DNA of 64,000 bases, from assembly GCA_032249235.1 (NCBI GenBank), contig JAVVGF010000003.1, positions 150,691 through 214,690 of the forward strand, written 5' to 3'. The translations under genes and the position numbers were made by a program. The DNA is from Thermoproteota archaeon. Lineage in GTDB: Archaea; Thermoproteota; Thermoprotei; Gearchaeales; Gearchaeaceae. Below, one piece after another: positions 1 through 10,158 of this stretch. The number at the start of each line of letters is the position of its first letter. Position 1 is the first letter of the stretch. A model generated the notes under the pieces. The model made no database searches. It was not told where the DNA came from and was given only the letters and a program-made list of their open reading frames with translations.

Positions 1-1372
1 AGGTATAACTGGTTCACGGGTGCCTTTAGGCGGTATTATTTTGTCGATGGAGGATTTTACAGAAGTTTATAAAAAGCCAAATTACAATGAAGAATTCATT
101 ACTATTGAAGAATACGGTAAGAAATATTCAATAATCATCGGTAAAGATGAAAAAGACGAATGCTATGCGATTGCTTCACCTGGAATTCCTTTAAAGATTT
201 TTAAAAAGCTAGTTGAGAGTAAAAATCTTTTCTATCCTCCTGATCCTACTGAAACTTCTTCATTTCTTGGAGGAAATGTAGCTACTAATGCATCAGGATC
301 AAGAACTTTCAAATATGGCTCTACAAGAGATTATGTAAGAAGACTAAGAATAGTGTTGCCGACAGGAAACGTTTTAGATATAAGAAGAGGAGAACGTTTC
401 TTTAATAGGAAAAGATTTGAGCTCAAAGTTGAAGATCGTGAAATTATATTAGAACTTCCTGATTATAAAATGCCAAACGTCGAGAAGAATGCTGCAGGAT
501 ACTATATTAAAGAAAATATGGATCTTATAGATTTGTTTATAGGCTCTGAAGGAACGCTAGGTGTAATAACTGAAATAGAAGTTAAGTTAATTAAAAAACC
601 GAACTTTATCAATGCGATTTTCGTTTATTTCGATGAAGAAATAAAGGCTGTGGAGTTCGCTAAGCTTATCAGAGCTAAAGCTAAAAGGGAAGAATTACCA
701 ATAAGTGCAATTGAATTCTTTGATGAAAATTCCGTTAATTTCATAAGGGACAAATATTCAGAGAAAATTCCTTCTAACGCGAAAGCTATAATAGATTTAG
801 AAATAGAATCAGAAAGTATTGATGAAAGAGATAGATATTTTGAAAAATTATTGAAGCATGTTGATGAATTCAAAGCAGAAGCTTACTTATTGGAAATAAA
901 TGAAGCGAAAGAAATTAGGCATGCACTACCTCAATCTGTAAACAATTTCATAAAGATTCATGGTACAAGGAAAGTAGCTACTGATATTGCTGTTCCTGAG
1001 GAAAACTTCTTTGAAATGTATAAATACTATCATGAAATTGGCAAGGCCTCTCAAATCAAATATGTTTTATTTGGTCACATTGGAAACTTTCATCTGCATT
1101 TCAATTTTTTACCCAGCAACAAAGATGAATTAGAAAAAGCTGAACGATATGTAGTTTTATTATGGAAGAAAGGAGTTGAACTAGGAGGAACGATAAGTGC
1201 TGAGCATGGAGTGGGAAAAAAATATTATGTTGAAAATGGCATTAAGAAACCTTTAATAAGCTTAATGTATAATGAAGAAACAATGCTAAAACTTATAGAA
1301 TTGAAAAAAACAATAGACCCATATTTGATTCTTAATATTGGAAACATAATACCAGAGGAATATTTTAGATAA
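1..1372 (+). CDS. FAD-linked 2-hydroxyacid oxidase/dehydrogenase (GlcD / D-lactate / D-2-hydroxyglutarate dehydrogenase family), 5' truncated by the window edge
   Basis: Motifs YPPDP, GGNVATNASG, GSEGTLGVITE, GHIGNFHLH, GGTISAEHGVG. The frame stays open upstream of position 20 (GITGSRVPLGG), so the true start lies outside the window. Confidence 0.9.
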   Translation, partial: GITGSRVPLGGIILSMEDFTEVYKKPNYNEEFITIEEYGKKYSIIIGKDEKDECYAIASPGIPLKIFKKLVESKNLFYPPDPTETSSFLGGNVATNASGSRTFKYGSTRDYVRRLRIVLPTGNVLDIRRGERFFNRKRFELKVEDREIILELPDYKMPNVEKNAAGYYIKENMDLIDLFIGSEGTLGVITEIEVKLIKKPNFINAIFVYFDEEIKAVEFAKLIRAKAKREELPISAIEFFDENSVNFIRDKYSEKIPSNAKAIIDLEIESESIDERDRYFEKLLKHVDEFKAEAYLLEINEAKEIRHALPQSVNNFIKIHGTRKVATDIAVPEENFFEMYKYYHEIGKASQIKYVLFGHIGNFHLHFNFLPSNKDELEKAERYVVLLWKKGVELGGTISAEHGVGKKYYVENGIKKPLISLMYNEETMLKLIELKKTIDPYLILNIGNIIPEEYFR

Positions 1373-1376
1373 AAAA

Positions 1377-1961
1377 TTATTTTGTTTTAGGAGTAGGTAA
1401 TATTCCTCCTAAAAAGAAGACCACTAATATGTTTACAAATCCAGAGATTGTGATGAAAATTCCTTGTGGTATAGCGCCTATAAGACCGTGTGTAAAAGCG
1501 TAAAATCCAAATTCAACAAGTAAATAAAATACCATATTGATTTGAAGGATTAGATACGGATAAGCAGTATAGCCTCCTAATGCATTAGCCCATGGTTTCA
1601 TAAAGAAAATTAAAAATCCTATCAAATTAAAAATGAATAAAATTAATGCAGCTCCTCCAACAATACGAAAATCAAGGTTGAATATCACAGCAATTGAAAA
1701 TCCTAGCCACACAAATGAGAATAAAGCAGTAAGTAAAGCAAAAAGCTGTTGAATATTTACTGCGATTCCTTGATTTCCTAAAGGTGATTGGAAAATAAAG
1801 GAAAGCGAATTAAGGAATAAGGCTAAGAAAGCTATGAACGCATATATACTTAAAGTAAGCAATACTTTTTCTCCTGTCTCTATTCCTAAAAGCCAAAATC
1901 CTGTTAGTATTGCAGCAACAGAATATGCTCCAAAACCTAAAGTAACGGCACTTAGACCCAT
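1377..1961 (-). CDS. 6-TM membrane protein, possibly a SatP/YaaH-like carboxylate transporter
   Basis: About six hydrophobic segments in 194 aa; N-terminal TLGFGAY loosely resembles the PLGL motif; directly downstream of the HOT gene on the same strand. Confidence 0.45.
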   Translation of the reverse strand: MGLSAVTLGFGAYSVAAILTGFWLLGIETGEKVLLTLSIYAFIAFLALFLNSLSFIFQSPLGNQGIAVNIQQLFALLTALFSFVWLGFSIAVIFNLDFRIVGGAALILFIFNLIGFLIFFMKPWANALGGYTAYPYLILQINMVFYLLVEFGFYAFTHGLIGAIPQGIFITISGFVNILVVFFLGGILPTPKTK

Positions 1962-1993
1962 TATATAAAAATAAAAAATAAATTTATTTAAAT

Positions 1994-3295
1994 TTAACCT
2001 AAAGCTTCTAAAAATATTTTTTCCAAATCTTTTTTTGTTACGTTTTTAGGAGATTGAGCTAATAATCTTTGTTGTTTTAATGTTCCCTCTACTAAAGCAT
2101 CTAAATCTGCCTTAGTAAATCCTATATCTTTAAGATTAGTCGGAACATTTAAATCTTCTAAAAGTTTTATATAATATTCGAATAAAGATTCCCCTATTTC
2201 TTTTATACTTTCCACATCTTTACCTGTCAATATTCTTACAACTTCTTTGAATTTTCCAAAATTATATGATGCTACATATCTAAATGCATATGCTGCAGGG
2301 ATAGCAGTTGAAATTCCATGAGGTGCTATAGGATAACCGAATTCATAATCTTGAGGATAGTAATTCCTTACCATACCTGCTATAGGATAGGCCATTGAAT
2401 GTGGTATATGCACGCCGACATGGCCAAATCCTATACCAGCGATGCTTGCACCTAACATCATATAGTATCTTGCTTCTAAATCATAAGGATCCCCAAAAGC
2501 CCTTCTAAGATATTTATGAACCCATTCAATTGCTTGTTTAGCGAGCATATCACCTAAAGGTGTAGCCCCTGCATAAACAGGCCTTTCAGCAGGATTTTTT
2601 ATTGCTGGCTTAGCAGTATAAGGTCTCGAAGTAAAAGATTCAATAGCATGATTTAATACATCCAAGCCAGAAGAAGCTGTAACCATAGGAGGCAGGCTAA
2701 CAGTGGTGAAAGGATCAATTAGCGCTACAGTAGGTCTCATATAAGGATTACTAATGCCTGTTTTAACTCTCAAATGCTTAACATCTACGACTGCAACAGC
2801 TGTTCCCTCACTTCCAGTCCCGGCTGTGGTGGGTATAGCGATCAACGGCTTTAATGGTCCAGGCGGCAACATCCCTTTTCCAACAGGCTTATTGATGTAA
2901 TCTTCTATCGGTCTTGGATATGTATGAAGAAGATTTAAAACTTTAGCAGTATCAATTGTAGAACCTCCTCCCAATGCAACGAAACCGTCTATATCTTTAT
3001 CTTTAATCTCTTTATAAGCCTCAATTAATTCTTCATCCTCAGGCTCTATTCTAACTCTTGTAGTTGTTTCAACATGAATTCCTTCATTTTCTAACGAATA
3101 TTTTATTTCTTCATATAGTTTGCTTTCAACAAGCTTTTTGCCTACTACTATTAAAACTCTCTTAAGACCAAGTCTTTTTGCTTCAAATCCAACTTCTTTA
3201 CTAACTCCGAATCCAAATTTAATAGTTTGTGGTAAAGATAGAACGAAAACAGGGTCGTTCGCTAAAGAGTAGGTTATATATGGATTTGTTGACAT
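1994..3295 (-). CDS. Hydroxyacid-oxoacid transhydrogenase (HOT/ADHFE1-type iron-containing alcohol dehydrogenase)
   Basis: GGGSTIDTAK, PTTAGTGSE, SGLDVLNHAIES, and the HOT-typical YINKPVGKG and GVHIPHSMAYPIAG...PHGIS. Confidence 0.88.
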   Translation of the reverse strand: MSTNPYITYSLANDPVFVLSLPQTIKFGFGVSKEVGFEAKRLGLKRVLIVVGKKLVESKLYEEIKYSLENEGIHVETTTRVRIEPEDEELIEAYKEIKDKDIDGFVALGGGSTIDTAKVLNLLHTYPRPIEDYINKPVGKGMLPPGPLKPLIAIPTTAGTGSEGTAVAVVDVKHLRVKTGISNPYMRPTVALIDPFTTVSLPPMVTASSGLDVLNHAIESFTSRPYTAKPAIKNPAERPVYAGATPLGDMLAKQAIEWVHKYLRRAFGDPYDLEARYYMMLGASIAGIGFGHVGVHIPHSMAYPIAGMVRNYYPQDYEFGYPIAPHGISTAIPAAYAFRYVASYNFGKFKEVVRILTGKDVESIKEIGESLFEYYIKLLEDLNVPTNLKDIGFTKADLDALVEGTLKQQRLLAQSPKNVTKKDLEKIFLEALG

Positions 3296-3337
3296 CGATT
3301 CAATAATGTTTATATACTTATAAAGGTTTCTTATGTC

Positions 3338-4150
3338 ATGAGCGTTGTAAAAAAGATATTCTTGTTTGATTTTGGATGGCTTGCAGGCGATGGCGGATGG
3401 TTTCTACCAGGCTGGGGAGCAGTAACTTATAGCCAAAAAACACCCGAGCGAGCTTGGGTAGAAATTCCAGTAACGGGAGTACTATTGGATACCGATATAG
3501 GTTATATTGTATTCGATACAGGTGTAGCACCTAACGCATGGCAAACGCATACAAAAGCTGTAATGGAAGCATTTCCTTTAATAAAATTCAATGATAACAA
3601 TAGAATTGAAAGACAGCTAGCTAATTTGAATTTAAAACCAAGCGATGTCGCATATATTATACATTCACATCTACATTTTGATCATGTAGGTCAAACAAAC
3701 GTATTCAAAGACCATAAAACCCCAATAATTGTGCATAAGAAAGAATTGCAATCTGCATTAATGCTATTATGGATGGGAAAAGAAGGTGCATATCAATCAG
3801 CTAACTTAAATGAATTAAAAGGAGCTAACTGGTTTATTGTTGATCTTCCTGCATTTGAATTAGCTGAAGGAATTAGATTGTATTTCTCAGGAGGACATAC
3901 AAGCGGTCATATGGTTCTTAGTGTTAAAACAAAGAATGGAAACACTTACTTCTTTACAGGAGATCATATACATCTACCAAGAGAATTGGAAATCGAATCA
4001 AAAGGATGGCTCCTTGCTGATTATGATGAATGGCTAACCTTTGTAAAACAGCTTAAGCTTTGGGAAAGAGCCAATAATGCAAAGATAATTATTTGCCACG
4101 ATCCAGATTTCTGGAAGAAATATCCTTCTATTCCTAAATATTTAGAATAA
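3338..4150 (+). CDS. Metallo-beta-lactamase-fold lactonase (AiiA/AttM family)
   Basis: HSHLHFDHVG, GHTSGH, FTGD, CHD; also FDTG and EIPVTGVLL. Confidence 0.85.
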   Translation: MSVVKKIFLFDFGWLAGDGGWFLPGWGAVTYSQKTPERAWVEIPVTGVLLDTDIGYIVFDTGVAPNAWQTHTKAVMEAFPLIKFNDNNRIERQLANLNLKPSDVAYIIHSHLHFDHVGQTNVFKDHKTPIIVHKKELQSALMLLWMGKEGAYQSANLNELKGANWFIVDLPAFELAEGIRLYFSGGHTSGHMVLSVKTKNGNTYFFTGDHIHLPRELEIESKGWLLADYDEWLTFVKQLKLWERANNAKIIICHDPDFWKKYPSIPKYLE

Positions 4151-4152
4151 AT

Positions 4153-4482
4153 TTATTTTTTTCTATATATAAAGAAAATTAAAATAGATATCACTATAAG
4201 ATATATTCCAATTATTAAAAATAAATTTATGAAAAAATATGACAATATATAAATTCCAATAAAAAATAATGTAATGCCCCATATCAAATAATAAAGTAGA
4301 TCCTTTGTAGTGCTACCTATTAAAATAATTGTTACTGAAATAATCATTAAGAAATAACCTAAGAATTCAATAATATTGAAAGTTCTCAGACCAAGACCGT
4401 ATATTATCATCAGAAAGCCGAGTGCCAAAAAGAAAAAAAGGTAAGTATATCTTTGATCAATCATTGTAATTTCTCTCCGCAA
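4153..4482 (-). CDS. Small 4-TM membrane protein
   Basis: Hydrophobic ORF overlapping the end of the SPFH gene; last gene of the operon. Confidence 0.65.
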   Translation of the reverse strand: MRREITMIDQRYTYLFFFLALGFLMIIYGLGLRTFNIIEFLGYFLMIISVTIILIGSTTKDLLYYLIWGITLFFIGIYILSYFFINLFLIIGIYLIVISILIFFIYRKK

Positions 4483-5489
4483 TTTGAACAGAATTTTTGT
4501 CCTTGTGTATAACTAGCTCCACATTTAGGACATTTCAATTCTTGAGCAATTCTAACACCGCATTCGGGACAGAATTTAGCTCCTGCAGGAACAATATGCC
4601 CATTAGGACATTTCGTCATTTGTTGTTGCAAAGGCTTTCCGCAATTTGAACAGAATTTAGCTCCTTGTTGGTTGCTAGCACCACAATATGGACATGCTAT
4701 TAGAACTTGTGTTTGTGGTTGTTGGAATAATGGAGGAATTATTGCAACACCTGTTGCAACTCCTGCACCTGGACTTTTGCTCAATTCTTCAGCTGCTTTC
4801 TGAACAGTTTGCATTCTTAAAACTTCTGAAGCGCTCACTCCTGATTGAAGAAAGAAAATTCTATCCCTCCATTCGGGAGTCGTATCAATACCTTCAAATT
4901 TTACATCTATTAATTCTAAGCCTATTCTCTTGAAAGCAGCTAAGAGCATATTTTTTGCTAAAAAACTAGTCTCATCAAGCTTGTTATAAACATCTCTTAA
5001 GCTATATTTGCTTATTCCTTCGATGAAATTTTGATTGAAATAACCTCTTAAAAATTCTTGAAGTTTAACTGTATCATATACCGCTTGACCTCCTACAACT
5101 TCATTTACGAAAAGATTTGGATCTTCAATTCTAAACCAGAAGCTTCCATGGAACATTAGAGGAGCTAATTCAATTGTTTGAGCTTGGCCTCCAAATTTTC
5201 CTTGGAATTGCTTTAAAGATACGAATATCACTGTAGCTGTGAAAGGAACTTTTTCATAACCTGCAATTCTCGCTAATACTTTTGTAAGTAAAGGTAAATT
5301 CGCAGTCGTAATTGTATGCCTTCCAGCCCTGAATATATCATAAACCTTCCCATCCCTATAAAAAACAGCGGCTTCAAATTCCTTGACGATTAGCTGACTA
5401 CCCCATTCAATTGTATTAACAGGATATCTATAAACAATTTCTTTTTCGTCAGGATTAACCCATTCAATTACTTTAGGCATTTTTCTCAC
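4461..5489 (-). CDS. SPFH/Band-7 domain protein (YdjI-like) with C-terminal zinc-ribbon repeats
   Basis: IEWGSQLIVKEFEAAVFYRDGK...GRHT N-terminus; three CxxC...FCxxCG ribbons. Confidence 0.88.
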   Translation of the reverse strand: MRKMPKVIEWVNPDEKEIVYRYPVNTIEWGSQLIVKEFEAAVFYRDGKVYDIFRAGRHTITTANLPLLTKVLARIAGYEKVPFTATVIFVSLKQFQGKFGGQAQTIELAPLMFHGSFWFRIEDPNLFVNEVVGGQAVYDTVKLQEFLRGYFNQNFIEGISKYSLRDVYNKLDETSFLAKNMLLAAFKRIGLELIDVKFEGIDTTPEWRDRIFFLQSGVSASEVLRMQTVQKAAEELSKSPGAGVATGVAIIPPLFQQPQTQVLIACPYCGASNQQGAKFCSNCGKPLQQQMTKCPNGHIVPAGAKFCPECGVRIAQELKCPKCGASYTQGQKFCSNCGEKLQ

Positions 5490-5979
5490 CTATACCATGA
5501 ATAAACTTATTCCTCTCATCAATCTTCTCTTCCAAATCCTCTAATAAAGATATGATTTTTCTCATTTCTCCTTTTATCGAATTTGCATCCAAGATCTTAT
5601 TGTTTAGCTCTTTAGTTTCATTCTTTATCTTTTCTGCTGAATCTATTAAAGATAAATCATACTTAGTTATTTGATCCAACTCTTCTTCTCTTATTTTAAT
5701 GATATCAAAAAATCCAGAATAGCCTGCTTCAGCTTTATCTATCTTTTGCCATATTTTATCGAACATAAAACGAATATTATCATATAACATGCGTAAATCT
5801 TTATCCTTGCTTATTGTTTCTAGGTTGCTAATAGAAAAGCTTTCGAAATTTTCTTTGCCCTCTCTTATTAAAGCAGAAACTTTCATCCTTATTAAACGAT
5901 CACTTTCTCTTCTCAGTTCCTTTTGTTTATATCCTCGATATCCTGGAACATAAGATACAATTCTTTCAACTAAACTCAT
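5473..5979 (-). CDS. Conserved alpha-helical hypothetical protein (SPFH-operon associated)
   Basis: VPGYRGYKQKELRRESD and AEAGYSGFFD motifs; overlaps both neighbours. Confidence 0.7.
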   Translation of the reverse strand: MSLVERIVSYVPGYRGYKQKELRRESDRLIRMKVSALIREGKENFESFSISNLETISKDKDLRMLYDNIRFMFDKIWQKIDKAEAGYSGFFDIIKIREEELDQITKYDLSLIDSAEKIKNETKELNNKILDANSIKGEMRKIISLLEDLEEKIDERNKFIHGIGEKNA

Positions 5980-7106
5980 TCTTCACTCTTTTTAAAAATT
6001 GAAGATATATTAAATTTAACTAAAGGTCTTGTTCCTGCAATAACATTTCCAGAAGATTTATCAATCGCAACGAAATATTCTTTTTTATCCCAATTATACT
6101 TAACCACTACTATAGGAACGTATATGAGCTCTGGACTTCCTACAATGTTAGCGTTTACATTGAAAGTCACTATGTTTGAATATCGCTTCTTTACATGCTC
6201 CAATGCCTTGCTAATTGCTATTGACGAAGCTTCTTTCTCATCTAATTCTACTGAAAGCATGTTAGGAACATATTTCAAAGGTTGTTTAGAGCTTAAAGGT
6301 AATTTGTATTTCTCTAAATCTGGCTGAAACTCTGAATTTGCTCTTGCTATTATAGGAACTTCATATGTTTCAGCAATTTGAAATCTTTGCCTTATTTGTC
6401 TAGTTATTACTTGCTTACCTATCGTCTCTGTAACATATCTTAGAGTCTCTACATAACCATTCAAGCTAACAACGATATGCCAAATTGGTACATAATTATC
6501 TTGAACAACTCTCATGTTTGCGCTTTTTGCAGCTCCTCTTGTTACGAAAATACCTTTAGCTATGAAATCTTCTGCAATTTTAAATGCATCTATATCTGAA
6601 GCATTCAATATGCCTATTTGAGGTATTGGTTTTGAAGCATCTGCGTTATTCACAAATCCACAATATTCGCAAATTATCAGCCAAGGTAATGTTTCACCAC
6701 CAATATTTAAAGGAGCTCCACAATTTTGACATTTCTCTAATTTAATTCTTTGAGGTGCTTGAGTTTGTTGTTCAGCTTGAGCTTTCTCTTCTTCCTTCTT
6801 CTTTATATTCTCTAAATTGAGCTTTTCTTTATAGGGAACAAATTTTGATTTATCAGGAAATGCTTCATACAAAGTTTCATCAAGGAAAGGTATTATTTCA
6901 TCCTCAATATAACCTTGAACGATTAAATCATCATTCTCACTAGATAAAACAACTGTACCTTTTTTGAAGAGACCCTTTTTCCAATGAACTATGCTCGTGA
7001 TCTTGCTCGTTTCTAATTCTGTTTTATAACCGTTTTGAGCAAGCTTATCTGCTAAAATTTTAGCTACATAAGCATGATCAATTCCTACTCCTTGATATCT
7101 TACCAC
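5976..7106 (-). CDS. Zinc-ribbon protein, YdjG-like
   Basis: CQNCGAPL...CEYCG, YVPIW, LIYVPI and C-terminal AIDKSSGNVIAGTRP. Confidence 0.7.
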   Translation of the reverse strand: MVRYQGVGIDHAYVAKILADKLAQNGYKTELETSKITSIVHWKKGLFKKGTVVLSSENDDLIVQGYIEDEIIPFLDETLYEAFPDKSKFVPYKEKLNLENIKKKEEEKAQAEQQTQAPQRIKLEKCQNCGAPLNIGGETLPWLIICEYCGFVNNADASKPIPQIGILNASDIDAFKIAEDFIAKGIFVTRGAAKSANMRVVQDNYVPIWHIVVSLNGYVETLRYVTETIGKQVITRQIRQRFQIAETYEVPIIARANSEFQPDLEKYKLPLSSKQPLKYVPNMLSVELDEKEASSIAISKALEHVKKRYSNIVTFNVNANIVGSPELIYVPIVVVKYNWDKKEYFVAIDKSSGNVIAGTRPLVKFNISSIFKKSEE

Positions 7107-7142
7107 ATGCTTTATTAAACTAAAAAGATTTAAATTTTGAGC

Positions 7143-7685
7143 TTAAATGTTCTTCAAATATTCACTGAAATATTTTTCTAATTTAACTAATTTTGGAGAA
7201 ATAACAAATATACAATATGGATTATATGGATTTTTATCATAATAATCTATATGGTAATCTTCTGCTCTATAAAAAGCTTTTAATTCTTTTAATTCTGTTA
7301 CTATAGGCTTTTTATATATTTTCTCAGCTTCTTTAATTTCTTCTTCAGCAATCTTCTTTTGTTCCTCATTCGTATAAAGGATAATTGAACGATATTGCGT
7401 ACCTATATCATTTCCTTGCCTATTAAGAGTTGTAGGATCATGAATGCTGAAGAATATTTTAAGCAGTTCCCTATAAGATATTACATTCGGATCGAAAGTT
7501 ATTCTTACTACTTCAGCATGACCAGTTTCTCCTGTGCAAACCTCTTCATATGTAGGATTTTCTTTCCAACCTCCTGCATAACCAGGTTCAACTTTGATAA
7601 CTCCTTTAATCCTCTTAAAGACAGCTTCAGTGCACCAAAAACATCCACCTCCTAAAACTGCGATTTCAAGGTTCTCATTTTGCAT
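7143..7685 (-). CDS. msrA: Peptide methionine sulfoxide reductase A
   Basis: [32 protein letters not shown]; likely start at MQNEN (7685). Confidence 0.96.
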   Translation of the reverse strand: MQNENLEIAVLGGGCFWCTEAVFKRIKGVIKVEPGYAGGWKENPTYEEVCTGETGHAEVVRITFDPNVISYRELLKIFFSIHDPTTLNRQGNDIGTQYRSIILYTNEEQKKIAEEEIKEAEKIYKKPIVTELKELKAFYRAEDYHIDYYDKNPYNPYCIFVISPKLVKLEKYFSEYLKNI

Positions 7686-7724
7686 AGGTATATTTATTTC
7701 ACAAAATTTATTTAATTTCAAGAA

Positions 7725-8273
7725 ATGAATTTTAAAAAAATAATATCTTACACATGTTTCTTGGGAATTGCATCATTCATAATTACTGTTGCCTTATCAA
7801 CATATTATAACCCATGGTTTAGTATATTTAAAAATGCTTTCAGCGATTTAGGAGCACCTTCAGCAAATCTTCCTTGGATATATAACTACGGTTTAATCGT
7901 TACTTCAATATTCATAATCCTCTATTCTATCTTCATAATTTTATCAGCAAGCAATAAACTCGAAGTTATAAGCGGGGCTTTCTTCTTTGTAGCAGGCATA
8001 TTTCTTTCTTTAATTGGCATATATCCTGCAGGAACCAGACCTCATGTTTTCGTTTCAACTTATTTTTTTATACAAAGCGATATTGCAATATTAAGCTGGA
8101 GCCTTGGAATTCTAAATAAAAACAGAAAAATCGGCTTAGTATTCTTGATAATAGCTATAGTTTCTCCTTTAATAGGCTTCATCATTGAATGGCCTTCTGT
8201 AGCATTACAAGAAAGTTTCGGGATAATCATAATAACTATTTGGGCAATAACAGTCTTTTTTATTTATAAATGA
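7725..8273 (+). CDS. DUF998-like membrane protein
   Basis: NPWFS...NAFSDLG, LIGIYP, PH motif; about 5-6 TM. Confidence 0.75.
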   Translation: MNFKKIISYTCFLGIASFIITVALSTYYNPWFSIFKNAFSDLGAPSANLPWIYNYGLIVTSIFIILYSIFIILSASNKLEVISGAFFFVAGIFLSLIGIYPAGTRPHVFVSTYFFIQSDIAILSWSLGILNKNRKIGLVFLIIAIVSPLIGFIIEWPSVALQESFGIIIITIWAITVFFIYK

Positions 8274-8349
8274 AAAGTATGAACATAATAAAACATGTTA
8301 AAAATTCGCAATTTAAAATAAAATAAAATTTTGATCTTTATTCATTTAT

Positions 8350-8838
8350 ATGAAAGAAGTCAATTGGGATTCTGAAGGCCCTTATTTCGAAGATCTAGAA
8401 ATAGGTATGAAAATTAAATCTTGGCCTAGAAGAACATTAAGCAATATTGATAATTTATTTTGGCTTTCGCTTAGTGGTGATCAAACAGCGATATATACTG
8501 ATGAGAATTTTGCAAGGAGTCTAAGATATAAAGAGAGACCGATCAACAATAATTACTTAATAAATTTAGTCTTAGGGATGAGCATTAAAGATACTAGCAA
8601 GAACAGTTTAGCTTTAGTGAATATAGATTATGCAAAAGTACTTAAACCTGTTTATAGCGGCGAAACTATTGAAGTTGAATCAGAAGTTATCGAGAAGAGA
8701 GAATCGAAAACTCGAAAAGAAGTAGGAATCGTGACATGGATACATAGAGGTCTTAATGAAAGAGGAGAAATCGTTGTTGAAATAAGGAGAACAAACCTCG
8801 TATATAAGAAAATGTACTCACCTTTTAAAAATGAATGA
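8350..8838 (+). CDS. MaoC-family (hot-dog) dehydratase subunit
   Basis: GPYFEDLEIG, KPVYSGETI, KRESKTR..VGIVT. Confidence 0.85.
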   Translation: MKEVNWDSEGPYFEDLEIGMKIKSWPRRTLSNIDNLFWLSLSGDQTAIYTDENFARSLRYKERPINNNYLINLVLGMSIKDTSKNSLALVNIDYAKVLKPVYSGETIEVESEVIEKRESKTRKEVGIVTWIHRGLNERGEIVVEIRRTNLVYKKMYSPFKNE

Positions 8839-9304
8839 AGAATTTGGTTATTTAGGTAAGTTCTTTGAAGATTTAAAGGTAGGTGAAATAATAGTTCATA
8901 AGTATGGTCGTACTGTAACGTATGATTTAAATTTATTATTTACTAACTTTTTGCTAAACGACTCTCCTTTGCATTCAGATTCGAATTACATGGAAAAGAC
9001 CGAGTTTAAACAAATTCTTTTGTTATCTAGTATGACATTAGCTGTTGCAATAGGTATTGCATCGCTCGATTTCAAGAATATAGTATGGGATGAAGGAATT
9101 TATAATGTAAAGTTTTTGAAACCAGTTTTCAACGGTGATACTTTAAGAGTCATCACAGAAATAATGGAATTAAGAGAGCATGAAGAAAGAAAAGAACTAG
9201 GAATCGTAAAACTAAAGCATGAAGTATACAAAAATGGATATGAAGAAAAAGTATGTGAATTTGAAAGAGTTATTTGGTTATTAAAGAAAGAATATTTCAA
9301 ATGA
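8831..9304 (+). CDS. MaoC-family (hot-dog) dehydratase subunit
   Basis: GKFFEDLKVG, NDSPLHSD, KPVFNGDTL. Confidence 0.85.
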   Translation: MNEEFGYLGKFFEDLKVGEIIVHKYGRTVTYDLNLLFTNFLLNDSPLHSDSNYMEKTEFKQILLLSSMTLAVAIGIASLDFKNIVWDEGIYNVKFLKPVFNGDTLRVITEIMELREHEERKELGIVKLKHEVYKNGYEEKVCEFERVIWLLKKEYFK

Positions 9305-9305
9305 A

Positions 9306-10157
9306 ATGAAAATTTACAGATGCCTTTTATTCACCCCTGCAAATGATCAAAAGAAAATCATTAAACTAAAGGAGATTAGAGTTGATGCGGTCATATTAGA
9401 TTTGGAAGACTCCGTGCCTATTCAAGAAAAAGAGAAGGGTAGAAAAAACGTGTTAGAATTAATGAATACAATAAAGGGTAATAAAGCAATAGGAGTAAGG
9501 ATTAATTCTTTTGAAAGCAAAATGTGGCTTAAAGACATCTTGCAAATTGTAGAAGCAAATCCAGATTTCATAATGATACCAAAAGTGAAAAATGAAAAAG
9601 AAATAGAAGTAATTTCAAAGACACTTAAATCCTTGAATTCTCAAATTCCTTTAATTGCAAGCATTGAAGACGGAGAAGGACTATCAAGAGTCTTTAAGAT
9701 AGCTAAGTCATGCGATGAAATCATAGCATTGATGTTTGGTAAAATCGATTTCAATGCAAGCATAGGAGGTGAAGAGGGAAATTTCGCAGAAATGTTAGCA
9801 AGAGCTTTAGTTAGCATAGCAGCTTCGACAAATAACTTACAAGCAATCGACTCTCCATGCATAGATTTAAAAGATTTAAAAAAGCTCGAAGAGGAAGCAA
9901 GAATTGCGAAATCGATGGGATATACAGGCAAAACTGCAATACATCCTTCTCAAATTGAAATAATAAATAAAATCTTCACACCTTCAAAATCTGAATATGA
10001 AAACGCTTTAAAAATTATTGAAGTTTATGAAAAAGCTAAAAGAGAAAATCTAGGAGCAATAAGATTCGAGGACAAGATGATTGATGAAGCCGTTGTAAAA
10101 CATGCAAAAAGAATTGTAGGTTTATACGAAAATGTAATGAAACTTCAAGAAAATTGA
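9306..10157 (+). CDS. CitE/HpcH-family acyl-CoA lyase (citryl/malyl/citramalyl-CoA lyase-like)
   Basis: RCLLFTPA, LDLEDSV, VRIN, MIPKV, GYTGKTAIHPSQI, MIDEA. Confidence 0.9.
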   Translation: MKIYRCLLFTPANDQKKIIKLKEIRVDAVILDLEDSVPIQEKEKGRKNVLELMNTIKGNKAIGVRINSFESKMWLKDILQIVEANPDFIMIPKVKNEKEIEVISKTLKSLNSQIPLIASIEDGEGLSRVFKIAKSCDEIIALMFGKIDFNASIGGEEGNFAEMLARALVSIAASTNNLQAIDSPCIDLKDLKKLEEEARIAKSMGYTGKTAIHPSQIEIINKIFTPSKSEYENALKIIEVYEKAKRENLGAIRFEDKMIDEAVVKHAKRIVGLYENVMKLQEN

Positions 10158-10158
10158 A

